Assembly (NCBI GenBank): GCA_043827405.1
Contig: JBDRPD010000105.1
Location: forward strand, 32,001 to 96,000
Length of the DNA stretch: 64,000 bases
Reading direction: 5' to 3'
Origin: Elusimicrobiota bacterium
Lineage (GTDB): Bacteria; Elusimicrobiota; Elusimicrobia; UBA1565
Positions 9,012 to 19,601 of the stretch are shown piece after piece. Under the pieces are notes generated by a model. That model was not told the origin of the DNA and searched no databases. It saw only the letters and a program-made list of their open reading frames with translations. How positions within the stretch are numbered: the stretch's first letter is position 1; each line of letters opens with the position of its first letter. The translations under genes were made by a program, and so were the position numbers.

Positions 9012-10223
9012 ATGTCTGATAAATCCATAGAAACTCCCTTGTTGGACGAGCTGGAGAAAGGCAAATGGCCCAGCTTCGTCAAAGAGATCAAGGATGCGGC
9101 GAAGAAGAGCCCGATGGCGAAGGACCTTCTCGGCCAGCTGGAAAAGTCCTACCGGGAGAAAGTCGGCTACTGGAAGCATGGCGGCATCGTCGGAGTCATG
9201 GGCTACGGCGGCGGCGTTATCGGCCGGTACTCGGCGCTTCCTGAAGAATTCCCTGGCGTCTCGCACTTCCACACGGTCCGCGTCAATCAGCCTGCCGGCT
9301 GGTTCTACAACAGCGAGGCCCTGCGCAAGGTCTGCGATATCTGGGAGAAGCGCGGATCGGGCCTGACCAATATGCACGGCTCAACCGGCGATATGGTGCT
9401 GCTCGGCACCAAGACCGATCAGCTTGAGCCGATCTTCGACGAACTGCAGAAGATCGACTTCGACCTCGGCGGGTCCGGCTCCGACGTTCGCACGCCCAGC
9501 TGCTGCAACGGCATGGCGCGCTGCGAATGGGCCTGCTACGACACCATGAAGGCGTGCAACGACCTGACCCAGGCGTACCAGGACGAGCTGCATCGCCCGG
9601 CCTTCCCGTACAAGTTCAAGTTCAAGTTCTCCGGATGCCCGAACGACTGCGTCGCGTCGATCGCGCGCGCCGACCTGTCCATTATCGGGACCTGGCGCGA
9701 CGACATCCAGCTGGACAAGGACGCCGTCAAGGAGTACGCCGACAAGGGCATGGATATCCAGTCCGACGTCGTCTCCAACTGCCCCGCCAAGTGCATGAAA
9801 TACGACGCCGCGGCCAAGGAGCTTAAGATCGACAACAGCTACTGCCGCCGCTGCATGCACTGCATCAACGCCATGCCCAAGGCCCTGCGCCCGGGCAAGG
9901 ATCGCGGTGCGACCATCCTGATCGGATCCAAGGCTCCGATCATGGAAGGCGCCCTGCTGTCGTCGGTGCTCATTCCGTTCATCAAGATGGAAGCGCCCTA
10001 CCAGGAAATCCAGGACCTTCTCGAGAAGATCTGGGACGTCTGGTGTGAAGAGGGTAAGAACCGCGAGCGCGTCGGTGAATTCATCCAGCGCGTCGGTCTC
10101 GGTAACTTCCTCGAGGCGATCGAAGTCGAGCCGGTGCCGGAGATGGTGGCTCATCCTCGTGAGAATCCGTATGTCTTCTACGAAGAGTACTTCGAAGAAG
10201 GCGACGGGTCTGAGGAAAAGTAA
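9012..10223 (+). CDS. dsrA: Dissimilatory sulfite reductase alpha subunit
   Basis: [48 protein letters not shown] siroheme/Fe-S motif; GGAGG RBS before ATG 9012. Confidence 0.98.
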   Translation: MSDKSIETPLLDELEKGKWPSFVKEIKDAAKKSPMAKDLLGQLEKSYREKVGYWKHGGIVGVMGYGGGVIGRYSALPEEFPGVSHFHTVRVNQPAGWFYNSEALRKVCDIWEKRGSGLTNMHGSTGDMVLLGTKTDQLEPIFDELQKIDFDLGGSGSDVRTPSCCNGMARCEWACYDTMKACNDLTQAYQDELHRPAFPYKFKFKFSGCPNDCVASIARADLSIIGTWRDDIQLDKDAVKEYADKGMDIQSDVVSNCPAKCMKYDAAAKELKIDNSYCRRCMHCINAMPKALRPGKDRGATILIGSKAPIMEGALLSSVLIPFIKMEAPYQEIQDLLEKIWDVWCEEGKNRERVGEFIQRVGLGNFLEAIEVEPVPEMVAHPRENPYVFYEEYFEEGDGSEEK

Positions 10224-10250
10224 GGATAAGAGGATAAACGAGGTATATAA

Positions 10251-11336
10251 ATGACAACTACTCAAGCTCCTGAAAGGCGTACCGACTTCGGTCCTCCGCA
10301 TTACGAGCAGTTTTTGCCGCCGATCATCAAGAAGAACTACGGCAAGTGGAAGTACCATGAGGTCTTGAAGCCCGGCGTGATGGTCCACGTGGGTGAGTCC
10401 GGCGATAAGCTCTTCACCGTGCGGGCGGCCTCCGGCCGGCTGATCAGTGTCGGCAAAATCCGGGCCTACTGCGACCTGGCCGACAAGTACTGCGACGGCT
10501 ACCTCCGGTTCACCAGCCGGCACAATGTCGAGTTCCTGACCGACAAGAAGGAGAACATCGATCCCTTGATCGCTGATCTCAAGAAGCTCGGCCATCCGGT
10601 GGGCGGCATCGGCAACTCCATCTCCAGCATCGTGCACACGCAGGGATGGGTCCACTGCCACTCGGCGGCGACCGACGCCTCGGGCATCGTCAAGGCCGTG
10701 ATGGACGACCTGATCGAGCACTTCGAAGAGCAGAAGATCCCCGGGAAGCTGCGCATCGCCCTGGCCTGCTGCTTGAATATGTGCGGCGCCGTGCACTGCT
10801 CGGATATCTCGATTCTCGGCATCCACCGCCGTCCGCCGAAGGTCGACCATGATATGGTGAAGAAGATGTGCGAGATTCCGAACGTCAGCGCCTCCTGCCC
10901 GACCGCGGCCATCCGGCCGGCGACGGTCAACGGCAAGGAGTCCGTCGAGGTGCTTGAGGACCGCTGCATGTTCTGCGCGAACTGCTACACGGTCTGCCCG
11001 TCCATGCCGCTGAACAACCCGCTCAACGACGGCGTGTCGATCTGGGTCGGCGGCAAGGTGAGCAATGCCCGGACCGAGCCGGCGTTCTCCAAGCTGGCGA
11101 TTCCGTTCATCCCGAACAACCCGCCGCGCTGGCCCGAAGTGACCACGGCGGTGCGCAAGCTCGTGGAGGTCTGGGCCGCCAACGCCAACAAGTATGAGCG
11201 GATGGGCGAGTGGATCAATCGTATCGGCTGGCCGAAGTTCTTCAAGCTGACCGGCCTTCCGTTCGAGAAGGTCCATATCGATGACTTCAAGCACGCCGGG
11301 CTGACGTACAAGCGCTCGACGCATCTGACGTTCTGA
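10251..11336 (+). CDS. dsrB: Dissimilatory sulfite reductase beta subunit
   Basis: [51 protein letters not shown]. Confidence 0.98.
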   Translation: MTTTQAPERRTDFGPPHYEQFLPPIIKKNYGKWKYHEVLKPGVMVHVGESGDKLFTVRAASGRLISVGKIRAYCDLADKYCDGYLRFTSRHNVEFLTDKKENIDPLIADLKKLGHPVGGIGNSISSIVHTQGWVHCHSAATDASGIVKAVMDDLIEHFEEQKIPGKLRIALACCLNMCGAVHCSDISILGIHRRPPKVDHDMVKKMCEIPNVSASCPTAAIRPATVNGKESVEVLEDRCMFCANCYTVCPSMPLNNPLNDGVSIWVGGKVSNARTEPAFSKLAIPFIPNNPPRWPEVTTAVRKLVEVWAANANKYERMGEWINRIGWPKFFKLTGLPFEKVHIDDFKHAGLTYKRSTHLTF

Positions 11337-11351
11337 GGCTGGAGGCTTAAC

Positions 11352-11600
11352 GTGGCGAAAACAGTTGAAGAAGTGGCGGATGCCATGTTCGACATGGTCA
11401 AGGACGCCATGGGTAAAAAGAAGCTGAAGCCGATGGACCTTATCAAAGCCACGATCGCGGCGTTCGGCGAGGATCAGGTCGACAAGAAGCTCGGCAAGGA
11501 GGCGATCAAGATATTGGTCAACTCCGGCCGGTGCGTCTACACCTACTTCGGCGGAAGCTTCATCGAGATCCCTCACCGAGAGGCCGCCGCGAACGACTAG
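11352..11600 (+). CDS. dsrD: DsrD, allosteric activator of DsrAB
   Basis: 82 aa directly after dsrB; AIKILVNSGRCVYTYFGGSFIE winged-helix signature. Confidence 0.88.
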   Translation: MAKTVEEVADAMFDMVKDAMGKKKLKPMDLIKATIAAFGEDQVDKKLGKEAIKILVNSGRCVYTYFGGSFIEIPHREAAAND

Positions 11601-11662
11601 TTCGTGCGGAGCTCGGCAAGAGATCTTCGTCGTTTGATAGACGTCTGCAGGGCACATGCCCG

Positions 11663-11697
11663 CCCTTTCTCCGGCGCCGCTGGCGCCGGAGAAAGGG
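11663..11697 (+). terminator. Strong stem-loop after dsrABD
   Basis: CCCTTTCTCCGGCGCC-gct-GGCGCCGGAGAAAGGG, 16-bp stem, no U-tail. Confidence 0.55.
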
Positions 11698-11722
11698 AGA
11701 GGGTATTCATCCGCCTCAACCA

Positions 11723-13141
11723 ATGAATACCGAATTACCGCGGCTTATTATCGCCGGACTGTCCGGAGACTCAGGCAAGACTATCGTCAGCCTGAGCCTT
11801 CTCGCGGCTCTGCGCCGCAATGGATTGTCCGCCATCGCCTTCAAGAAGGGCCCCGACTATATCGATGCGGCGTGGCTCGGACGGCTGGCCGGTGCGCCCT
11901 GCCGCAATCTTGACACCTATATGGTCGCTCCGGAGATCGTGCGCGAGCGGTTTATGCGCCATGGCGCGGGGGCGGATATCGCGCTCATCGAAGGCAACCG
12001 CGGGCTGTTCGACGGCCGGGACGCCGCGGGGACGCACAGCACCGCGGAGCTCGCTAAGCTGCTGCAGGCTCCGGTTCTGCTGGTCGTTAATGCGGCAAAG
12101 ACCACGCGGACGGTGGCCGCTCTTATCAAAGGCTGCCAAGCATTCGCGCCGGATATCGTTTTCGCCGGCGTCGTTCTTAACCGGACGGCCGGCAAGCGGC
12201 ACACCCAAGTGATTACCGAGGCGGTGGAGCGGTACTGCGGCCTCCCGGTGCTCGGCGTGCTGCCCAAGCTGAGCGGAAATCCGGGACTTATTCCGAGCCG
12301 CCATCTTGGTCTGGTGACGCCGGCGGAATCCGGCAAGGACGCGGAGATGGAGGATCGGCTGGCGGATATCGGCGCCGAGCATCTCGATATTGAGCGCATT
12401 CTCGCGGCGGCGAGAAAGACCGCAGCGCTTCCCGCGGCGGCGGATCTCCCGGCGCCGCGCCAGCTGAGAGCGCGGATCGGATACTTCAGCGACCCGGTTT
12501 TTACGTTCTATTATCCGGAGAACCTGGAAGCGCTGGCGGCGCAGGGAGCGGAGCTCGTTCCCATTTCCTCCATCGTCGACGGCAATCTGCCCGATATCGA
12601 CGGCCTCTATATCGGCGGCGGCTTTCCGGAAACACATGCCCAGCGCTTGGCCGACAATACGGCGATGATGGCGTCGGTGCGTTCGGCGGCCAAGGCGGGC
12701 CTGCCGATCTATGCCGAGTGCGGCGGTCTGATATATCTCGCGAAGTCGATCACCTGGAAAGGCCATCGCTATCCCATGTGCGGTTTATTTCCGCTCGATC
12801 TGCGGATGCAGTCCAAGCCCGCGGGACATGGCTATACCTTGCTCAAAGTGGACCGCCCAAATCCTTTTTTCGCTCAGGACGTCGAGATCAAGGGGCATGA
12901 GTTCCACTATTCCGCGCTGAAAGAGGAGCCGGAGATCGAGGCCACCTGTATGCGGGTCGAGATCGGTGCCGGACTTGGAGGGCGGCGCGAAGGTCTGGTC
13001 AAAAACAACGTTTTAGCGTGCTACACGCATATTCACTCCGACGCGGTGAGCAGCTGGGCTCCGGGTTTCCTGGCACGAGCTGATGAGTACCGTTTGCGGT
13101 TGGCGAAACCGTTGCTTAAACTAGCAGGTAGACAGCCATAA
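11723..13141 (+). CDS. dsrN: Siroheme amidase (cobyrinate a,c-diamide synthase-like)
   Basis: GDSGKT P-loop, FKKGPDYID, EGNRGLFDG, YAECGG, GHEFHYS; dsr context. Confidence 0.9.
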   Translation: MNTELPRLIIAGLSGDSGKTIVSLSLLAALRRNGLSAIAFKKGPDYIDAAWLGRLAGAPCRNLDTYMVAPEIVRERFMRHGAGADIALIEGNRGLFDGRDAAGTHSTAELAKLLQAPVLLVVNAAKTTRTVAALIKGCQAFAPDIVFAGVVLNRTAGKRHTQVITEAVERYCGLPVLGVLPKLSGNPGLIPSRHLGLVTPAESGKDAEMEDRLADIGAEHLDIERILAAARKTAALPAAADLPAPRQLRARIGYFSDPVFTFYYPENLEALAAQGAELVPISSIVDGNLPDIDGLYIGGGFPETHAQRLADNTAMMASVRSAAKAGLPIYAECGGLIYLAKSITWKGHRYPMCGLFPLDLRMQSKPAGHGYTLLKVDRPNPFFAQDVEIKGHEFHYSALKEEPEIEATCMRVEIGAGLGGRREGLVKNNVLACYTHIHSDAVSSWAPGFLARADEYRLRLAKPLLKLAGRQP

Positions 13142-13157
13142 ATAGCGAGCAAATATA

Positions 13158-14831
13158 ATGATAAACAAAGTAGTCAAGAAAAAGAAGAAGCTGGGCAGCA
13201 TGCGCGGCGGAGATTCCGGGACGCATGGCGGTTCGGACAAGCGGCCTAGGTTTGTCGAGAAGATTCCCCCCTGTACCGACCGCTGCCCGAATCATAACAA
13301 GATTCGCGAAGCTCTTATGGTCGTCTCCCGGGCGGAGGAGCAGGGGAAGACCCAGGATAAAGCGTATGAAGAGGCTTGGCAATATTTTATGGAGCGGTCG
13401 CCTTTTCCCGCCGTATGCGGCCGGGTATGCCCCCATCCCTGCGAGACGCAGTGCAACCGCAAGGATAAGGACGGCGCGGTAAGCATCAACAGCTTCGAAC
13501 GGTTTCTCGGCGACTACGGCCTCGAGAAAGGGCTTAAGCCGGTAAAGCTGTCCGCGGAGCAGCGCGCGGAGAAGATCGCGGTTGTTGGTTCCGGCCCCGC
13601 CGGAATGTCCTGCGCCTATCAGCTCGCCCGGCGCGGCTATCCGGTGACGGTCTTCGAGGCGCTGCCCAAGACGGGCGGCATGCTGCGCTACGGCATTCCT
13701 GACTACCGGCTGCCGCAGAGCGTTTTGGACGGCGAGGTTCAGCGCATCGCGGATATGGGCGTCGAGATCAAGTGCGGTACCGCGGTCGGCAAGGACGTCG
13801 CAATGGACGATTTGCGCAAGGAGTATAAGGCCGTGTTCGTCGGCATCGGCGGCCATCAGGGGCTCAAGCTGCGCTGCGAAGGCGAGGATGCGGAGAACGT
13901 GTATACCGGTACGAGCTTCCTGCGCCGGGTCAATCTTGGCGAGAAGGTCGATGTCGGCGACAAGGTCGTCGTCGTCGGCGGCGGCGATACCGCGATCGAC
14001 GCCGCCCGCATCGCCCGTCGTTTGGGCGCGGAGACGACCATTCTTTATCGCCGCACCAAGGATGAGATGCCGGCGATCGACGAGGAGATCGAAGGCGCGC
14101 TCGAGGAAGACGTCAAGATCCACTTCCTGGCGGCTCCGCTGTCGATCGTCAAGAGCAACGGCAAAGCGACGGGCATGAAATGCCAGAAAATGGAGCTCGG
14201 AGAACCCGACGCCTCGGGCCGGCGCCGTCCGGTGCCGATCGAAGGCGATACTTTCGACCTGGAGTTCACGACTCTTATCGCGGCTATCAGCCAGGAGCCG
14301 GACTTCACCGGTCTGGAAAGCCTGCGCGAGGGCCGGGACTGGGTTAAGGTCGACGAAAAGTATAAGACTAAGGAAGACGGCGTCTACTCCGGAGGCGACA
14401 ATATCAACCTGGGTCTGGTGGTCGACGCGATCCATCACGGAAGATTAGCGGCCGAGGCGATCCACCAGCACCTCACCGGCGAGACCCCGGCCGCGGCCGC
14501 TCGGGCGGAGGTCGTCAAGAAGGTCCGTCTCGAGCACTACGAGGAAAAGAAGCGGGCGGCGGTTAAGGAGCTCGCGGTCGCCGACCGCATGGGCGATTTG
14601 AGCGTCGAGATCGCCAGCACGCTCAGCGGCGAAGAGGCCCTCGGCGAGGCGAAGCGCTGCATGAGCTGCGGGATGTGCTTCCACTGCGGCAACTGCTGGA
14701 GCTTCTGCCAGGACAATGCGGTGCTTAAGCCCATGAGCAAGAGCGAGCCGTACAAATTCAAGCTGGAGTTCTGCAAGGGCTGCAGCAAATGCGCGGACAT
14801 GTGTCCGTGCGGCTATATCGATATGCAGTGA
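13158..14831 (+). CDS. dsrL: DsrL (DsrL-2 type) NAD(P)H:Fe-S flavoprotein
   Basis: GltD-like core (GRVCPHPCE, GSGPAG, GGGDTA, YRR), C-terminal RCMSCGMCFHCGNC and CKGCSKCADMCPCG ferredoxin; inside the dsr operon. Confidence 0.9.
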   Translation: MINKVVKKKKKLGSMRGGDSGTHGGSDKRPRFVEKIPPCTDRCPNHNKIREALMVVSRAEEQGKTQDKAYEEAWQYFMERSPFPAVCGRVCPHPCETQCNRKDKDGAVSINSFERFLGDYGLEKGLKPVKLSAEQRAEKIAVVGSGPAGMSCAYQLARRGYPVTVFEALPKTGGMLRYGIPDYRLPQSVLDGEVQRIADMGVEIKCGTAVGKDVAMDDLRKEYKAVFVGIGGHQGLKLRCEGEDAENVYTGTSFLRRVNLGEKVDVGDKVVVVGGGDTAIDAARIARRLGAETTILYRRTKDEMPAIDEEIEGALEEDVKIHFLAAPLSIVKSNGKATGMKCQKMELGEPDASGRRRPVPIEGDTFDLEFTTLIAAISQEPDFTGLESLREGRDWVKVDEKYKTKEDGVYSGGDNINLGLVVDAIHHGRLAAEAIHQHLTGETPAAAARAEVVKKVRLEHYEEKKRAAVKELAVADRMGDLSVEIASTLSGEEALGEAKRCMSCGMCFHCGNCWSFCQDNAVLKPMSKSEPYKFKLEFCKGCSKCADMCPCGYIDMQ

Positions 14832-14876
14832 CGCGCGTACAAAATACGTTTTTCGGTAATTCAAGGAGGAGTGAGC

Positions 14877-15194
14877 ATGGCTAGGTTTACAGCGGAAGGA
14901 GTGGACATCGAGGTTGACGAAGACGGTTTCATGATGGAGCCCGAGACGTGGAACGAGACCGTCGCAAAGGCGCTGGCGGTTACCGAGGGAGTCAACGAGA
15001 TGACCGAGGATCATTGGAAGCTCGTCAACTACCTTCGGGACTACTACCAGAAGTTCGGTATCGCCCCGATGATCCGCAAGCTCTGCAAGCAGACCGGTTT
15101 CCCGCTGAAGAGGATTTACGAGCTGTATCCTTCCGGGCCGGCCAAGGGCGCCTGCAAAGTCGCGGGTTTGGCGAAGCCTACGGGCTGCGTCTAG
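14877..15194 (+). CDS. dsrC: DsrC sulfur carrier
   Basis: C-terminal GPAKGACKVAGLAKPTGCV with both conserved Cys. Confidence 0.96.
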   Translation: MARFTAEGVDIEVDEDGFMMEPETWNETVAKALAVTEGVNEMTEDHWKLVNYLRDYYQKFGIAPMIRKLCKQTGFPLKRIYELYPSGPAKGACKVAGLAKPTGCV

Positions 15195-15267
15195 TACGTA
15201 ACTGGTAAAAAATAAGACGTCGTCTGGGGGGCCGCAACTCCCCCCTTCGGCGCGCCATGAGCGACCT

Positions 15268-15828
15268 ATGGCGTTGAACGACCTGTTAGCCAACAGCAAA
15301 AAGGACATCGTCGGGTGCTGGTTCGATAAGACCATCCGGTCCTATCGGCCGGAGACCGCGCGGTTCCTCAAGCGCGAGAAGGACTCCTTCAGCAATCCCG
15401 TCGGCAGCCATACCGCCGCGGGGCTGGAGGAGGTCTTCGACGCGTTATGCGCGGACGGCGAGAAGGGCTCCGCGCTGCGGCGCGAGGGGCTCGAACGGAT
15501 CATCAAGATCCGCTCGGTTCAAGACTTCACCCCGGCGCAGGCCGTGGCGTTTGTCTTCCAGCTCAAGAGCGCTGTCCGCGAGACGCTCGCCGGCGCCCTG
15601 CGCAGCGAGCGCATCTTGTCCGAGCTGGCGGGATTGGATGCCCGGATCGACGGCCTGGCGCTGGAAGCGTTTGACGTCTACATGCGGTGCCGTGAGCGCC
15701 TTCATGAGATCAAGACGGGTGAGATCAAGCGGCAGTCGCAGGTGCTTTTCGAACGCGCCGGCGGACCGTGTGCTATGGCGGAGAAAGGGAACGGCTCATG
15801 CGGCCAGGCGGGAGAGAACTGTTCATGA
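15268..15828 (+). CDS. dsrT: DsrT (RsbRD N-terminal-like)
   Basis: FSNPVG, IIKIRSVQDFTPAQAVAFVFQLK, LEAFDVYMRCRE; precedes dsrM. Confidence 0.9.
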   Translation: MALNDLLANSKKDIVGCWFDKTIRSYRPETARFLKREKDSFSNPVGSHTAAGLEEVFDALCADGEKGSALRREGLERIIKIRSVQDFTPAQAVAFVFQLKSAVRETLAGALRSERILSELAGLDARIDGLALEAFDVYMRCRERLHEIKTGEIKRQSQVLFERAGGPCAMAEKGNGSCGQAGENCS

Positions 15829-16820
15829 ACGCAATATACTCATTACTTATCGTCGCCCTGCTGCTTATTCTCGTGGTGGGGAGCGCGGGGCTGGGAGCTT
15901 TCCCGACCCTGTTCGGGGTGGTGATCCCCTACGCGGCGTTCGCCCTGTTTGCGGTGGGCTTCGTCTACAAGATCCTCCACTGGGCGTCGGTTCCGGTTCC
16001 GTTTCGTATTCCCACGACCAGCGGCCAGCAGAAGTCGCTGCCCTGGATCAAGAGCAGCTACTTTGACAACCCGCACAATACCCTGGGAGTCATCGGCCGG
16101 ATGGCGCTCGAGGTCCTGTTTTTTCGTTCGCTGTTCAGCAACTCGCGCTCCGAACTGCGGCCCGGACTGCGGCTGACCTATGCCGAAAGCAAATGGCTGT
16201 GGGCCGGCGCCATGGTTTTTCACTGGTCGTTTCTGGTCATCCTGCTGCGTCACTTCCGTTTCTTCGTCGAGCCGGTGCCGCGGTTCGTCCACATTCTGCA
16301 GTTCTTCGACGGCTTCTGGCAGATCGGCGTGCCGATCTTCTATGCGAGCGGCGCGGCGCTGATCGCGGGCGCCGGCTATTTGCTGCTGCGGCGGCTCGCG
16401 ATTCCTCAGATCCGCTATATCTCGCTGCCGGCGGACTACTTTCCCCTGTTTCTCATTCTGGGGATCGCCGGCTCGGGAGTCAGCATGCGCTACCTCACCA
16501 AGGTGGACCTCATCGCCGTCAAAGAGCTGACCATGGGGCTTATGAGCTTTCAGCCCGCCGCCGTCGGCGGGATTGGGATGGTGTTCTACATCCATCTCTT
16601 TTTCGTCTGCGCTCTGATCGCCTATTTCCCGTTCAGCAAGCTGATGCACCTGGGCGGCATCTTCCTGAGCCCCACCCGCAATATGGCGAACACCAACCGC
16701 ATGCAGCGGCATATCAACCCCTGGAACAACCCGGTCAAGGGGCATACGTACGAGGAATACGAGGACGAGTTCCGTGATCTCATGAAGGGCGCCGGACTGC
16801 CCCTGGAGAAGGAAAAGTAA
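15825..16820 (+). CDS. dsrM: DsrM membrane cytochrome b
   Basis: PFRIPTTSGQQKSLPWI, FPFSKLMHLGGIFLSPTRN. Confidence 0.95.
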   Translation: MNAIYSLLIVALLLILVVGSAGLGAFPTLFGVVIPYAAFALFAVGFVYKILHWASVPVPFRIPTTSGQQKSLPWIKSSYFDNPHNTLGVIGRMALEVLFFRSLFSNSRSELRPGLRLTYAESKWLWAGAMVFHWSFLVILLRHFRFFVEPVPRFVHILQFFDGFWQIGVPIFYASGAALIAGAGYLLLRRLAIPQIRYISLPADYFPLFLILGIAGSGVSMRYLTKVDLIAVKELTMGLMSFQPAAVGGIGMVFYIHLFFVCALIAYFPFSKLMHLGGIFLSPTRNMANTNRMQRHINPWNNPVKGHTYEEYEDEFRDLMKGAGLPLEKEK

Positions 16821-18448
16821 TGGCTGAGAATCACCCGAAACCCGAAGAGCTGGCCAGTATCGACTATGCGCCCCCGGAACAGCCTTGGCTGGACCCGCGC
16901 GTCAATATCCGCAAGGGCATGTACAATTACGGCGCCCAGCCCAAAAGCGCCGAGTACTTGAGTCAGCCGCATGTTAAAAAGTGGATGCCGACCGACGACG
17001 ATTGGCAGCTGCCGGAGAACTGGAAGGAGATCGTCATCGAGGGGCTGCGTGCGCAGCTGAAGAAGTACCGCGCCCTCCAGGTCTTTATGGATATCTGCGT
17101 GCGCTGCGGCGCCTGCGCCGACAAGTGTCATTTCTTTATCGGCTCGGGCGATCCCAAGAATATGCCGGTCCTGCGGGCGGAGCTGCTGCGCTCGGTATAC
17201 CGCAATGACTTCACGACCGCCGGCAAGCTTCTCGGCGGCATCGCCGGAGCCCGCGCGTTGACGCCGCAGGTTATCAAGGAGTGGTTCATCTACTTCTACC
17301 AGTGCACGGAATGCCGCCGCTGTTCGGTCTACTGCCCTTACGGCATCGATCAGGCGGAGATTACCATGGCGGGCCGCGAGCTCCTGAACCTGCTGGGGCT
17401 GGGCATCGACTGGATCACTACGCCGGCCGCCAACTGCTTCCGGACCGGCAACCATCTGGGCATTCAGCCGCATGGCTTCAAGGACAGCATCGAATTTGCC
17501 GTCGACGACGTGAAGGATATTTACGGCGTCGATATCGATGTTTCGATCAACCGCAAGGGCGCCGAGGTGCTGCTGGTGGTGCCGTCGGCCGACTACTTCG
17601 GCGATCCGCACTACTTCGGCTTCCTGGGCTATCTGGCGCTGTTTCACGAGGTCGGCCTGGATTATACCTTCAGCACCTACGCCTCTGAAGGCGGCAACTT
17701 CGGGCTGTTCCATTCCGCCGATATGATGAAGCGGCTCAACGGCAAGCTCTACGCCGAAGCCAAGAGGCTCGGCGTCAAGTGGATGATCGGCGCCGAATGC
17801 GGCCATATGTGGCGGGTCCTGCACCAGTACATGGACACCATGCACGGGCCGGCCGACTTCATGGAGGTGCCGGTATCGCCGGTCACGGGGACGCGGTTCG
17901 AAAACGCCAAGTCTTCGAAAATTATCCATATCGCCGAGTTCACGGCCGACCTCATCAAGCATGACAAGCTCAAGCTCGATCCGAGCCGCAACGACAACTG
18001 GAAGGTCACTTGGCACGATTCCTGCAACCCGGCCCGGGCCATGGGCATCCTGGAGGAGCCGCGCTACATCCTCAACAAGGTCTGCAACAACTTCTATGAG
18101 ATGCCCGAGAACTGCATCCGCGAGCACACCTTCTGCTGCGGCAGCGGATCGGGCATCGGCACCGACGAGAACTTCGATGCGCGCATGCGCGGCGGCCTGC
18201 CGCGCGCCAATGCCGTGAAGTATGTCCACGAAAAGCACGGGGTGAACCTGCTGGCCTGCATGTGCGCGATCGACAAGGCGACGCTGCCCCCGCTCATGGA
18301 CTTCTGGGTGCCCGGAGTTCAGGTCGGCGCCCTGCATGAACTGGTCGGCAACGCCCTGGTCATGACGGGCGAGAAGCGGACGACCGACCTGCGCGGCGAC
18401 CCGCTGCCGGGAATGGAAGAGAAGGAGGAGGAGACGACCCATGCATGA
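16820..18448 (+). CDS. dsrK: DsrK (HdrD-like, CCG domain)
   Basis: CVRCGACADKC, CTECRRCSVYCP, HDSCN, CCGSG. Confidence 0.96.
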   Translation: MAENHPKPEELASIDYAPPEQPWLDPRVNIRKGMYNYGAQPKSAEYLSQPHVKKWMPTDDDWQLPENWKEIVIEGLRAQLKKYRALQVFMDICVRCGACADKCHFFIGSGDPKNMPVLRAELLRSVYRNDFTTAGKLLGGIAGARALTPQVIKEWFIYFYQCTECRRCSVYCPYGIDQAEITMAGRELLNLLGLGIDWITTPAANCFRTGNHLGIQPHGFKDSIEFAVDDVKDIYGVDIDVSINRKGAEVLLVVPSADYFGDPHYFGFLGYLALFHEVGLDYTFSTYASEGGNFGLFHSADMMKRLNGKLYAEAKRLGVKWMIGAECGHMWRVLHQYMDTMHGPADFMEVPVSPVTGTRFENAKSSKIIHIAEFTADLIKHDKLKLDPSRNDNWKVTWHDSCNPARAMGILEEPRYILNKVCNNFYEMPENCIREHTFCCGSGSGIGTDENFDARMRGGLPRANAVKYVHEKHGVNLLACMCAIDKATLPPLMDFWVPGVQVGALHELVGNALVMTGEKRTTDLRGDPLPGMEEKEEETTHA

Positions 18449-18824
18449 TGCGGGCAAAATACTGGCCGGTCTCGTGATCTTCCTCGCGTTGCTGACCTCG
18501 CCGTTGTGGTACAACGCGGCCAGCGGCCGGAGCGCCGCGCCGCCGCAGCCGGTGCTCCCCGTCGGCGAGACGCAATGCGTCGCCGCCAAGGACTATATGC
18601 GGGCGAACCATATGAACATGCTCAACGAATGGCGGGACCTGGTCGTCCGCGAGGGCCAGCGGACGCATGTCACGCCGGACGGGCGGAAGTTCGAGATGAG
18701 CCTGACCCGGGGCTGCATGAAGTGCCACACCAACCGGCAGGAGTTCTGCGTCAAATGCCATGACTACTCCGGGGTCACGGAGTACTGCTGGGACTGCCAC
18801 GTCGAGCCGGAGAGGGTACAGTGA
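18441..18824 (+). CDS. dsrJ: DsrJ triheme cytochrome c
   Basis: N-terminal anchor; CMKCH, CVKCH, CWDCH; YMRANHM. Confidence 0.94.
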   Translation: MHDAGKILAGLVIFLALLTSPLWYNAASGRSAAPPQPVLPVGETQCVAAKDYMRANHMNMLNEWRDLVVREGQRTHVTPDGRKFEMSLTRGCMKCHTNRQEFCVKCHDYSGVTEYCWDCHVEPERVQ

Positions 18825-19594
18825 TGGATAGAAAACAGTTTCTCAAGCTGGCCGGCCTGACCGCCGTCGCCGGGGCGGTCGGCAAATTGCCGCTGGTCGC
18901 GAAAGCCGCGGGCGGCGGACATTCCGGCGGGCGCCCCCAGGGATACGGCAAGCGCTACGCGATGGCTATCGATCTCGGCAAGTGCCGCCAGGAGAAGGGC
19001 TGCACCCGCTGTTTCGACGCCTGCCATGCGGAGCATAACGTTCCCGATTTCGGCAACAAGAAAGACGAGATCAAGTGGATATGGAACGAGCCGTACGGGA
19101 ATGTTTTTCACGAGCAGGGCCACGAGTTCCTGCCCGAGGAGCTGCGGCAGGGGCCGGCCCCGATCCTGTGCAATCACTGCGACAGCCCCGCCTGCACCAA
19201 GGTGTGCCCGGTACAGGCGACCTGGAAGCGCAAGAGCGACGGCGTCGTGATGATGGACTGGCACCGCTGCATCGGCTGCCGCTACTGCATCGCCGCCTGT
19301 CCCTACGGGGCCCGGAGCTTCAATTACCGCGACCCGCGGCCGTTCATTAAGAAGCTCCGCAAGGAGTTTCCCACCCGCACCAAAGGCGTGGTGGAGAAGT
19401 GTAATTTCTGCGAGGAGCGGCTGGCCAAGGGCCAGGGGCCGTCGTGCGTGGAAGCGTGCAAGGCCCAGGCCCTCACCTTCGGCAACCTCGATGAGCCGGA
19501 TTCTGAGATACGCAAGCTGCTCAGCTCGAGGTATACCGTCAGGCGCAAGGCCGGGCTCGGGACCGGCCCGCAGGTCTACTACGTGATGTCATGA
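18821..19594 (+). CDS. dsrO: DsrO periplasmic Fe-S protein
   Basis: DRKQFLK Tat-like signal; CNHCDSPACTKVCP, CIGCRYCIAACP. Confidence 0.94.
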   Translation: MMDRKQFLKLAGLTAVAGAVGKLPLVAKAAGGGHSGGRPQGYGKRYAMAIDLGKCRQEKGCTRCFDACHAEHNVPDFGNKKDEIKWIWNEPYGNVFHEQGHEFLPEELRQGPAPILCNHCDSPACTKVCPVQATWKRKSDGVVMMDWHRCIGCRYCIAACPYGARSFNYRDPRPFIKKLRKEFPTRTKGVVEKCNFCEERLAKGQGPSCVEACKAQALTFGNLDEPDSEIRKLLSSRYTVRRKAGLGTGPQVYYVMS

Positions 19595-19601
19595 GGAACT
19601 T

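Noticed and set aside
13158..14831. Glutamate synthase small subunit (gltD)
   Set aside because: No gltB nearby; the C-terminal ferredoxin and dsr context indicate DsrL.
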